A DNA stretch of 16,739 bases, from contig JBBRPR010000103.1 of assembly GCA_038227875.1 (NCBI GenBank), forward strand, positions 1-16,739. Reading direction: 5' to 3'. Positions within the stretch are counted from its first letter, which is position 1. Every line of letters starts with the position of its first letter. Below, piece by piece: positions 6,302 to 14,700 of the stretch. The translations under genes were made by a program, and so were the position numbers. The stretch is from Planctomycetota bacterium (GTDB lineage Bacteria; Planctomycetota; SZUA-567; H5-PLA8). A model generated the notes under the pieces. It ran no database searches. It saw nothing but the letters and a program-made list of their open reading frames with translations, and had not been told where the DNA came from.

Positions 6302-7183
6302 ATGGACGAATCAAAGTACGACCGCCCGTTTCCGGTGCTGACTTCCGAGCAGCGGTATCACCTGGATGTGTTTGGCTACGTCGTCATTCCCAACACACTC
6401 ACGGCCGACGAGACAGGGACGCTGCGCGAGGCGATTCATAAAGTAAAGCGCGACCATACGGCGCTCAACGATCCCAAGGCGCGCGTGCGCAACGCGATCG
6501 TGGGGAAGACCAATCCACATCACACGTATATGACCGCGCTGGTCGAGGCCGATCCGGCGATCACCGCGTACTGCACCCATCCGCGGTTGCTGGGCATGGC
6601 GGAGGAACTGATCGGCGGCGAAGCGCGCATCTGCGAAGTCGGCGCGATCATCAACCGCCGCATTCCCGAAACGTATCAAGAGCGGCCCAACTACGGTCTG
6701 CATCGCGGCACCGATGTGCCGTTCGGCAGCCACACGAAAAACGGGCTGTATCATTGCAATTTCGTCAAGACGCTCACCAACCTCACCGACCTGGGCCCTG
6801 AGGACGGCGGCACGGTGGTGATTCCCGGCAGCCACAAGACCGATGTCGACGAACAGAAGCTGATTGAGTGCGCGTACCGCGACCCGAAGCTCGTGCATCA
6901 GGTGATCGCGCCGGCGGGGTCGACGCTGCTCTTTGCTGAAACGCTGATTCACGGCACCGGGCAGATTCGGTCGGACAAAGAACGCACGATCATGATCTGC
7001 GGGTACTCCGCGCGGCTGTTCCCCTATTGGGATAACGCGCCGATCTCGGCGGAATTTCTGCAGCGCGTGCCGGCGAATTTGAAACCGCTCTTCACCGGGA
7101 CGGCGCACTGGACGCGCAACCCGAAGTACCGCAACTTCGCCGACCCTGTCGATGCGAAGACGTATTCAAATTACAAATGGTAA
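6302..7183 (+). CDS. Phytanoyl-CoA dioxygenase (PhyH)-family Fe(II)/2-oxoglutarate enzyme, 293 aa
   Basis: Start reassigned to ATG 6302 (AGAGGAG SD, 7-nt spacing). FGYVVIPNTL, LTDLGPEDGGTVVIPGSHK, APAGSTLLF...LIHG...R motifs. The proximal metal motif is H-R-G. Confidence 0.88.
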   Translation: MDESKYDRPFPVLTSEQRYHLDVFGYVVIPNTLTADETGTLREAIHKVKRDHTALNDPKARVRNAIVGKTNPHHTYMTALVEADPAITAYCTHPRLLGMAEELIGGEARICEVGAIINRRIPETYQERPNYGLHRGTDVPFGSHTKNGLYHCNFVKTLTNLTDLGPEDGGTVVIPGSHKTDVDEQKLIECAYRDPKLVHQVIAPAGSTLLFAETLIHGTGQIRSDKERTIMICGYSARLFPYWDNAPISAEFLQRVPANLKPLFTGTAHWTRNPKYRNFADPVDAKTYSNYKW

Positions 7184-7214
7184 CCGGCGAAAATTCTCAA
7201 CTGGAGAGTGCTCA

Positions 7215-8234
7215 ATGAAACGACAAATTGTCGCGCCTGCTGCGATCGATTTCACGACGCCGGGGCGCCGGGATTATTTCGTCCGCTTCGAGCACCCGAC
7301 GTACTGGGGCGATTATTTTGTGCCGGTGACGGTGCTGGCCGGCCGCGAGCAGGCTCCGGGACGAGGCGTGGTGGCGATCGGTTCCACGCACGGTAACGAG
7401 TACGAAGGGCCGATCGCGATCAAGCATCTGCTCCACGAGATCGACCCGTCGCGCGTGCGCGGGCGGATCGTGCTGATTCCGACGCTGAACGTGCCGGCGT
7501 TTAACGCGGGCGTGCGCGACACGCCCGACGACAATGTGAACTTGAACCGCGCGTTTCCCGGCGAAGAGCGCGGGACGATCACGCAGCGCTTCGCGCATTT
7601 CGTCAGCAGCGTGATTTTTCCGCAGGTTCATGTGGTGCTCGACATTCATTCCGGCGGCAACGTCGCGCGCTTCGTGCCGTGCACGAGCTTTCATCACGTC
7701 GCCGATCAGAACCAACGGCGCGCGATGGAACAGACAGCGCGCGGGTTTGGTTCCCGCTTCACCATGAATTACCAGAACGGCACGCCGGGCTTGCTGACCA
7801 GCATGGCCGAGCGGCTGGGCAAAATCACGATCGGCAGTGAATTTGGCTGGGGTTGCGCGGTGTTGCAGGAAGGTGTTTCGATGGCGCGGCAGGGCATTCT
7901 CACGGCTTGCATCGCGCACGAACAGTTGGACGGCCAGCTGCCTAAGAATCAACACTGGTCGACTGGCGAGCAGATTCTTGTGGATAACTCGGAGCTTTCC
8001 TGTTACGTCCCGGCTGAATTCACCGGGCACTTCGAGCCGACGGTTCCCTGCGGCGAGAAAGTAACGAAAGGACAGCGCATCGGGGCGCTTCACGATTTCG
8101 ACCAGATTGATGCGCCGGCGGCCGACATTCTGGCTCCGCACGATGGCTACGTGATTACGCAGGCGTGGAACGCCAAGGTATTTCGCGGGCAAGTTGTCTC
8201 TGTCGTTTCGATTCCCCGGCCCTGGATGAGCTGA
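7215..8234 (+). CDS. Succinylglutamate desuccinylase/aspartoacylase-family Zn deacylase (EutE/DoeB-like), 339 aa
   Basis: Start reassigned to ATG 7215 (GGAGA SD). HGNEYEG, NLNRAFPG, LDIHSGG and SEFG motifs, plus a C-terminal barrel-sandwich-like region. Confidence 0.88.
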   Translation: MKRQIVAPAAIDFTTPGRRDYFVRFEHPTYWGDYFVPVTVLAGREQAPGRGVVAIGSTHGNEYEGPIAIKHLLHEIDPSRVRGRIVLIPTLNVPAFNAGVRDTPDDNVNLNRAFPGEERGTITQRFAHFVSSVIFPQVHVVLDIHSGGNVARFVPCTSFHHVADQNQRRAMEQTARGFGSRFTMNYQNGTPGLLTSMAERLGKITIGSEFGWGCAVLQEGVSMARQGILTACIAHEQLDGQLPKNQHWSTGEQILVDNSELSCYVPAEFTGHFEPTVPCGEKVTKGQRIGALHDFDQIDAPAADILAPHDGYVITQAWNAKVFRGQVVSVVSIPRPWMS

Positions 8235-8238
8235 ACCG

Positions 8239-8991
8239 ATGACGCGTTTCGAAAACAAAATCGTGGCGATTACCGGCGGCGCGGCGGGAATCGGCAAGAG
8301 TATCGCGCAACGCGTCGCCAGTGAAGGCGGCCTGAGCATTCTGCTCGACCGCGATGTGGCGATGCTGGAAAGCACTGCTGCGGAGTTCAAACGCCTCCGA
8401 TTAGAAGTCGCGACTCATGCGATTGATATTTCGAGCGCGGATTCCGTGCGCGCGGCGTTCGGGTTCATTCAGAGCGAATTCGGACGCGTCGACGCGGTGG
8501 TGAATTCCGCCGGCGTGACCGGGCCGACGGCGGTGAAGATCACGGATTACTCGGTCGAGGCGTTTGACCAGGTTTGCCAGATCAATCTGCGCGGCTCGTT
8601 TCTCGTGACGAAGTTTGCACTCGAGTTAATGACCCCGACGAATCGGGGCCGCATTCTGCTAATCGCTTCCATCGCAGGAAAAGAGGGCAATCCGGGGATG
8701 TGCGGGTATTCGGCGAGCAAGGCGGGCGTGATTGGACTGGTGAAAGCGATCGGCAAGGAATTCGCCGAAACGGGGATCACGATCAATGGCGTGGCGCCGG
8801 CGGTCATTCGCACGGCGCTGGTCGACCAGGTGGCTCCCGAGCAGGTGAAGTACATGACCGACAAAATTCCAATGAAGCGCTGCGGGACGCTGGATGAGAT
8901 CGCGGGTTTGAGTGCGTGGATTCTGTCCGACGAGTGCAGCTTCACGACGGGCTTTGTGTTTGATCTGTCGGGTGGGCGGGCGACGTATTAG
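8239..8991 (+). CDS. SDR oxidoreductase resembling 2-keto-3-deoxy-L-rhamnonate 4-dehydrogenase (LRA5-like), 250 aa
   Basis: TGGAAGIG, NSAG and YSASK motifs. SIAGKEGNP, QVKYMTDKIPM and CSFTTGFVFDLSGGRATY match my recollection of the LRA5 subfamily. Confidence 0.88.
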   Translation: MTRFENKIVAITGGAAGIGKSIAQRVASEGGLSILLDRDVAMLESTAAEFKRLRLEVATHAIDISSADSVRAAFGFIQSEFGRVDAVVNSAGVTGPTAVKITDYSVEAFDQVCQINLRGSFLVTKFALELMTPTNRGRILLIASIAGKEGNPGMCGYSASKAGVIGLVKAIGKEFAETGITINGVAPAVIRTALVDQVAPEQVKYMTDKIPMKRCGTLDEIAGLSAWILSDECSFTTGFVFDLSGGRATY

Positions 8992-9043
8992 CGAATGTCG
9001 AATGTCGAATGTCGAATGTCGAATGTCGAATGTCGAATGTCGA
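8992..9043. repeat. Heptamer tandem repeat (CGAATGT)x7
   Basis: Seven exact copies at 8992-9040 plus CGA, filling the SDR-enolase intergenic gap. Confidence 0.97.
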
Positions 9044-9051
9044 GGTAGCGA

Positions 9052-10227
9052 ATGAAGATTGAGAGTGTGGACTTTTTTTATCTTTCGATGCCGGTGGTGA
9101 AGGATGTTGGGGATGGGAGCCAGGACGCGCTGCTCGTGCGGGTACGCGCGGGCGGGTATACGGGTTGGGGCGAGTGTGAGGCTTCGCCGCTGGCTTCGAT
9201 TGCGGCGTTGGTCGCGCCGATGTCGCATACGGCGTGCAAGGGCGTGCAGGATTCGGTGCTGGGGCAGAAGCTGGATGGCGTGGGCGACATCACGCGCATC
9301 GGCAATCTTGTGCGCGAGAACAGCTTCGATCTCCTGCAGGCCGATCATACGCTTTCCGGGATCGATATTGCGCTCTGGGATCTGCTCGGACGAAAACTCG
9401 ATCAGCCAGTGTATAAGCTGCTGGGCTATCCACGCGCGTTTCCGAAATTGCCGTACGCGTCGCAGCTCTTCGGCAACACGGCGCAGGAGACATTCGAGAA
9501 GGCGCGACAGACGCGCGCCAGCGGGTTTCGCGCGGCGAAATTTGGCTGGGGGCCGTTCGGGCGCGGCACGCCGGCGGCCGATCGCGATCACGCCTTCGCG
9601 GCGCGCGAGGGGCTCGGCGGTGATGGCATTCTGCTGATCGATGTCGGCACGTACTGGATCGACGACGTCGCTCGGGCGCGCCAGACCGTACCGGCGCTGC
9701 GCGATTGCGGCGCGCTGTGGCTGGAAGAACCGTTCGTCTCGGGGGCGCTCGACGCGTACGCGCAGATCGCCGACGACTGCGGCACGGTGAAACTGGCTGG
9801 CGGCGAAGGCTGCCACAATTATCACATGGCCGCGCAGATGATTCATCACGCGCGCCTGGGTTTCGTGCAGATCGACACCGGCCGCATCGGCGGCATCACG
9901 CCGGCGAAGCAGGTCGCCGATCTGGCCGTGAAGAGCGGCGTGACGTACGTGAATCACACCTTTACGTCGTACCTGGCGCTGAGTGCGTCGCTACAACCCT
10001 TCGCGGGGCTTGAGGCGCACAAAATCTGCGAGTATCCCGTCGAAGCTTCGGAGCTGGCCGCGACGTTGACGCACGAACGGATCGAGCGCGATGCCAACGG
10101 CGAAATTCTCACACCGGACAAACCGGGACTGGGACTGACGCCGAATCTGTCGACGGTGAAGAAGTTCCTGGTCGAGACGGAGATAAAGGTGCGCGGCAAA
10201 GTGCTCTATACTACGCCGCAGGTTTAG
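9052..10227 (+). CDS. Enolase superfamily, mandelate racemase subgroup, probable acid-sugar dehydratase, 391 aa
   Basis: GWGE, SGIDIALWDLLGR...PVYKLLG, metal ligands in LIDVG / WLEEP / GGEG, candidate His-Asp dyad (VNH, QID). GAGGT SD. Confidence 0.92.
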   Translation: MKIESVDFFYLSMPVVKDVGDGSQDALLVRVRAGGYTGWGECEASPLASIAALVAPMSHTACKGVQDSVLGQKLDGVGDITRIGNLVRENSFDLLQADHTLSGIDIALWDLLGRKLDQPVYKLLGYPRAFPKLPYASQLFGNTAQETFEKARQTRASGFRAAKFGWGPFGRGTPAADRDHAFAAREGLGGDGILLIDVGTYWIDDVARARQTVPALRDCGALWLEEPFVSGALDAYAQIADDCGTVKLAGGEGCHNYHMAAQMIHHARLGFVQIDTGRIGGITPAKQVADLAVKSGVTYVNHTFTSYLALSASLQPFAGLEAHKICEYPVEASELAATLTHERIERDANGEILTPDKPGLGLTPNLSTVKKFLVETEIKVRGKVLYTTPQV

Positions 10228-11632
10228 TCGCCGATTTTTTGCGCAGCGTTCTGCGGTCGGTGCGGACGCTCCACGCCAGCGCCAGCGTGAAGCACGCCGT
10301 CGCCCAGAATGCCGGAAGCCACGCGATGCCCCACCACCATTCGGGGCGGCGGTTGTGCCAGAGCGTGAGGCTTTCGCCTTCGGAGCGCACACCCAAAAGC
10401 CATTGACCATCGGGCGACAGGTGCAGCTCGGGATAACGATTATTCGTGGTGAATTTTACCGTGTGTAAACGAACGAACGAACTGGCATCAAAGATATCCA
10501 CGCCCACCGTTCCTATGGAACCGAAACCGATCACAATTCGCTTCTGATCCGGGGAGTATTTTGCGAAGTCTGCGGACCGCCCGGTGGAGAGCAGGTACTG
10601 TTCGCTCCAGTCGCCCAGGCGATACACTTTGACGTAGTCCTCGACTGTGCCTTTGTGCTGATTGCCGTCAAATCCGCGGATCATCAGCCAGCGGCCGTCA
10701 CGCGAGAATTCGGTGCCGGCAATGTGCGTCCGATAGTGCGCGTGATGCGTGAACATCAATTCATAGTTACGGGCGTCGTAGATGCGCAGCTCGTCGAAAC
10801 TGGAGGTGAGGATCCAGCGGTCGTCGTCGGAAAAGCGTGCGAATTGGACGTAGTCTATCTCGCGCGTCAGGCTGATCAGCAATTGCCCCGTTTCGGCGTC
10901 GAAGACTCCATTGGTGAGATCCTTGCTCGAGGTGACGATGCGCTTACCGTCGTGTGAGTACTCGACCGTCCGTACGTACCTCTGATGATGCGTGTTTTTG
11001 AAAACGGATTTGAACGTTGCCGCGTCGAGCACTTCGAATTCGGTGTTCTGAATTTTGTGAAGTATCCGCGTGCCATCGGGGGAAAAGCTGGCCTCATCCA
11101 GTCCCTTTGGATCAGGGAGGGAATGCAGCAGCGCGCCGGTCTGGACATCCCACAATTGTAACGTATTCGTCGGATTGTTGGTCAGGACCCGTGAGCTGTC
11201 CGGCGAAAATGTGGCATTCCAGAATCGGTCGGGACTGCCCGTGAGTTCAGACTGGAGCGATCCGTCGCGAAGATTCCAGATTTTTGCCTTCCGCAATTCG
11301 TCATACGCGGTGAACATTCTCCGCCCATCCGGTGAGAACATTGGCCCCCAGACGTTGCTGTCTGATACTCCTTCCAGCGTGGCGCGGCGCACGCCGGAAT
11401 TGAGGTCCATCACGTGAAACGTGGTATTGCTGTTGGACGTGGCCGTGTATGAAATTTCCCGAAAAACCAGCGACGACGAGTCGGGACTAAACGACACGCG
11501 ACTGAACCGCGCATCCTTCCCGGACGGTTTGAACACGGATGTGACGGGCCAGGGGTCCCACTGCATCCACAGCGCAACCGCGCTGCCGGCGAGCAGGGCA
11601 AAGAGCATCAACGTTCGCAGTGAGAATCGCAT
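10211..11632 (-). CDS. WD40-repeat beta-propeller protein with N- and C-terminal transmembrane segments, 473 aa
   Basis: Repeated FSPD/FSxD...IW/LWD units. Hydrophobic MRFSLRTLMLFALLAGSAVALW and WWWGIAWLPAFWATACFTLALAW segments. Its 3' end overlaps the enolase gene by 17 nt. Confidence 0.85.
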   Translation of the reverse strand: MRFSLRTLMLFALLAGSAVALWMQWDPWPVTSVFKPSGKDARFSRVSFSPDSSSLVFREISYTATSNSNTTFHVMDLNSGVRRATLEGVSDSNVWGPMFSPDGRRMFTAYDELRKAKIWNLRDGSLQSELTGSPDRFWNATFSPDSSRVLTNNPTNTLQLWDVQTGALLHSLPDPKGLDEASFSPDGTRILHKIQNTEFEVLDAATFKSVFKNTHHQRYVRTVEYSHDGKRIVTSSKDLTNGVFDAETGQLLISLTREIDYVQFARFSDDDRWILTSSFDELRIYDARNYELMFTHHAHYRTHIAGTEFSRDGRWLMIRGFDGNQHKGTVEDYVKVYRLGDWSEQYLLSTGRSADFAKYSPDQKRIVIGFGSIGTVGVDIFDASSFVRLHTVKFTTNNRYPELHLSPDGQWLLGVRSEGESLTLWHNRRPEWWWGIAWLPAFWATACFTLALAWSVRTDRRTLRKKSATKPAA

Positions 11633-11773
11633 TTACTTTCAACTAACGGGCAGGTATCCAGATTCTTGCAGTTCGGTCCCATTATATCGAACCTATGCGC
11701 CAGATTCCGGCAGTTGAATCCTCCTCAAATCAGTCTTCAATCAGTTCACGGCGTGAGCCGAAGGAGCCTCTGA

Positions 11774-14700
11774 TTGATCCGAATTTTTGCGCCATCACTC
11801 TTTTTCATTCTGCTGCTCAGCGCCGGGAACGTCAGCGCTGCGACACCCGTCAAGCTGGCGACCACGAGCGTTTCAGCGTCGCCGACGGATGTGGCGCCGT
11901 TTTCGGTGACGGTTCAGGCTCAGGATTCGAACAGCGCGTCCGCCAATGTCGTCGCGAATACAACTGTGGCGCTGGCGCTGACGGCGGGCAACGGTGATCT
12001 TTTCGGATCGCTGATCGCCGTGATTCCTGCCGGGCAGAGCAGCATCACGTTCACGTTGGTGAAGTACGATCTCGCGGAGGCCGGCGTGATCCTTACGGCG
12101 TTCGCGACGATGGGCGACGCGCTGAGCGCGGGCACGTCCGCTCCGTTCACGGTGTTGCCGGGCGCGGCGACGGCTCTAGCGATCAACGTGCCGAACGGGA
12201 CGGCCAACGGGACAGCGCCGTTTGCGGTGAACGTCCGCGCGATTGACGCGCTGCAGAACACGGCGCCCGTTGCCGCGGACACGGCGGTGACGATTACGCT
12301 CGCCGCCGGTTCCGGCGTGCTCGGCGGGACGCTCAGTGGCGTGATCCTGGCGGGACAGACGTCGATCGCGCTGCCGATCACGTACAGCAAACCCGAAGCG
12401 AACGTGCGGCTGCGCGTGGCGCGAACGTCCGGGGATGCGCTGACCAGCGCCACGACGTTTTTCAATGTGGCGGACAACGCGATCAAGCTCTTCGCGTTTG
12501 CGCCGCTGAATGCCACGGCGGGCGTGCCGTTCAACGTTCAAGTCAATGCGGTCGACGCGAATGGGAATTCCGCGCCGGTGACGTCGAGCACCACCGTGGT
12601 GCTGACGAAGGCGTTGGGCTTCGGGGCGCTCACGGGAAATCTCACGGGCGTCATTTCCGCCGGCAACAGTTCGGTGACGTTCACGAATCTAAGCTATGAT
12701 TCCGTTGATTCGGTGAAACTCACCGCCAGCGCAACGGATGGCGATGCGCTGACGGCGTTCACGACCTCGGCGTTTCCGGTCGGAGCGGCAGCGACGCCGC
12801 CGGTGAAACTGCTGGCGTCGACGTTCGGGCCGATCACGGCGGGCGCGCCGTTCACGGTCCGCGTTATTTCGGCGGATGGATCGGGTAACACGAAAGCAGT
12901 GCGCAGTAACACTGCGGTTACGGTGGTCTTAAAGACCGGCACGGGAACGATTTCGGGCGTGATCGGCGGCACGATTCCCGCCGGATCATTTCTGATCGAT
13001 CTGACCGCGGTGGCGTACAGCAAACCCGAAAGCGGCGTGGTGTTCACGGCGACGGCCAGCGGCGGCGATGCGTTGAGTTCCGCGGACACAACGCCGTTCA
13101 CGGTGCTCGGCGCGCCGACTGCTGTCACCGCGGATATTTTCGGACTGCCGTCGGCCAATTCGCCATTCGATGTCAGCATCACCGCCGTCGATGGCTCGGG
13201 TTTACCGACGCGCGTGCTTGCGGATACGGCGGTGAGCATCAACGCGGCTCCCGCGGCGGGGACGGGAACGTTTGGCGGTACGCTGACGGGAGTGATTCCC
13301 GCCGGCGCGAGCAGCGTGGATCTCACCATTACATACAGCAAAGGCGAGAACGGCGTCGCGCTGACGGCGACGTCCGGAGGATTGGGATCCGGAACGAGTG
13401 CGACCTTCAATGTCGGACCGGCGGCGACGAAATTGATCGTCAGCGCTCCGGCGCCGGGCACGCCGACGGCGACGCAGCCGTTTTCGGTGATCGTCACGGC
13501 CGTCGATGGGTCCAACGCGCCGGCGCGGCTGCCTGCCGATACGATGGTTACGATTGGAAAATCCGCTGGCGCCGGCACGCTGGGCGGCGCACTGACGGGG
13601 ACGATCGCTGCCGGGAATAACTTCACGACGATCTACGGCATCACCTACAGTCAGGCGGATACGGGGGTGGTGCTGACTGCGTCCGGTAGCGGACTGGCGA
13701 CAGGATCCGGCGCGGCGTTTAACGTCAACGCGCTGCCCTCCCCTGGCGCGCCGACGCGGATTGATATTCGCAGTGGCAATTCGCAGACGGCGGCGGCGGG
13801 ATCGCCAGTGGCGCTGGCGCCGACCGTGCTGGTCCGCGACAGCCACTTTTTTCCGCTCGCCGGAGCCACCGTGATTTTTACCGCCACGGGCGGCGCTGGC
13901 AGCGTGAATGGATCCACGACGACGACCGATGCTCTAGGCCTGGCACAAGTCGGGTCGTGGACCCTGGGGATCATCGGCGGCAAGAATACGCTGACAGCGA
14001 CCGTGGGCGGAATCTCGGTCAACATCACGGCCACCGCGACTGGCGGAACCGGCCTGCTGCAGTTCAGCAGCGGACCGCTGGCAACACCGCAGCCCGCGGG
14101 CGTGGGGCAGACCATTCAGTTTTCCGCCGCGACCAATTTGCAGAGCACCTTCGCGTGGCAGTTTGGCGATGGCTCCGGCGACGCGAGCGGCAACTCGACG
14201 ACATCTCACGGGTACGCTGCGGCCGGAACGTACATCGCGGCGGTTACGGCTTCTAGCCCACCGCAGTCGATCACGGGCAATCTGACGATCACGGTTAACG
14301 CGCCGCTGGTGGGCGTGGGGAATGATTCCGATGGAGACGGTTTTTCCGACGCCTACGAAGTGGCCGCGGGCACGAATCCGAACGATGCCAGTTCCGTGCC
14401 GTTCTCGACGGCCAACGTCACAGCGACGCCGGTTGTCGGCGCGACGTTCGGCGCGAAATTGAATTTCAAGAAAGCGCATTCCGACAGCGTTTCCATCAGC
14501 GGGATCATTCCGATTCCTGCCGGCCTGACCGTGGCTGGCGCGCAGTTGGGAGTGACGATCGGCAGCTTCATCAAGATCTTTCCGCTGGATGTGCACGCGC
14601 GCGGCAAGTCCGGCGGAGACAGCGCGGCCGTCGCGATTAAGAGTGTGAAGGGGAAAGTACCGCTGCAGAATTCGAAGTTCACGATCAAGCTGAGCAGGGA

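Noticed and set aside
6302..8234. Ectoine hydroxylase EctD plus EutE/DoeB ectoine catabolism
   Set aside because: The dioxygenase lacks the EctD signature (FxWHSDFETWH), and no ectoine hydrolase, aminotransferase or transporter genes are adjacent.
8239..8991. Calling the SDR fabG
   Set aside because: No fatty-acid synthesis context, and the GKEGNP and C-terminal SGGRATY features fit the sugar-acid dehydrogenase subfamily better.
8992..9043. Possible CRISPR array
   Set aside because: Contiguous 7-bp units with no spacers and no cas genes.
8659..9957. Minus-strand ORF containing HSTFDIR repeats
   Set aside because: The peptide repeat is just the translated 7-mer DNA array, and the ORF is antisense to two clear genes.
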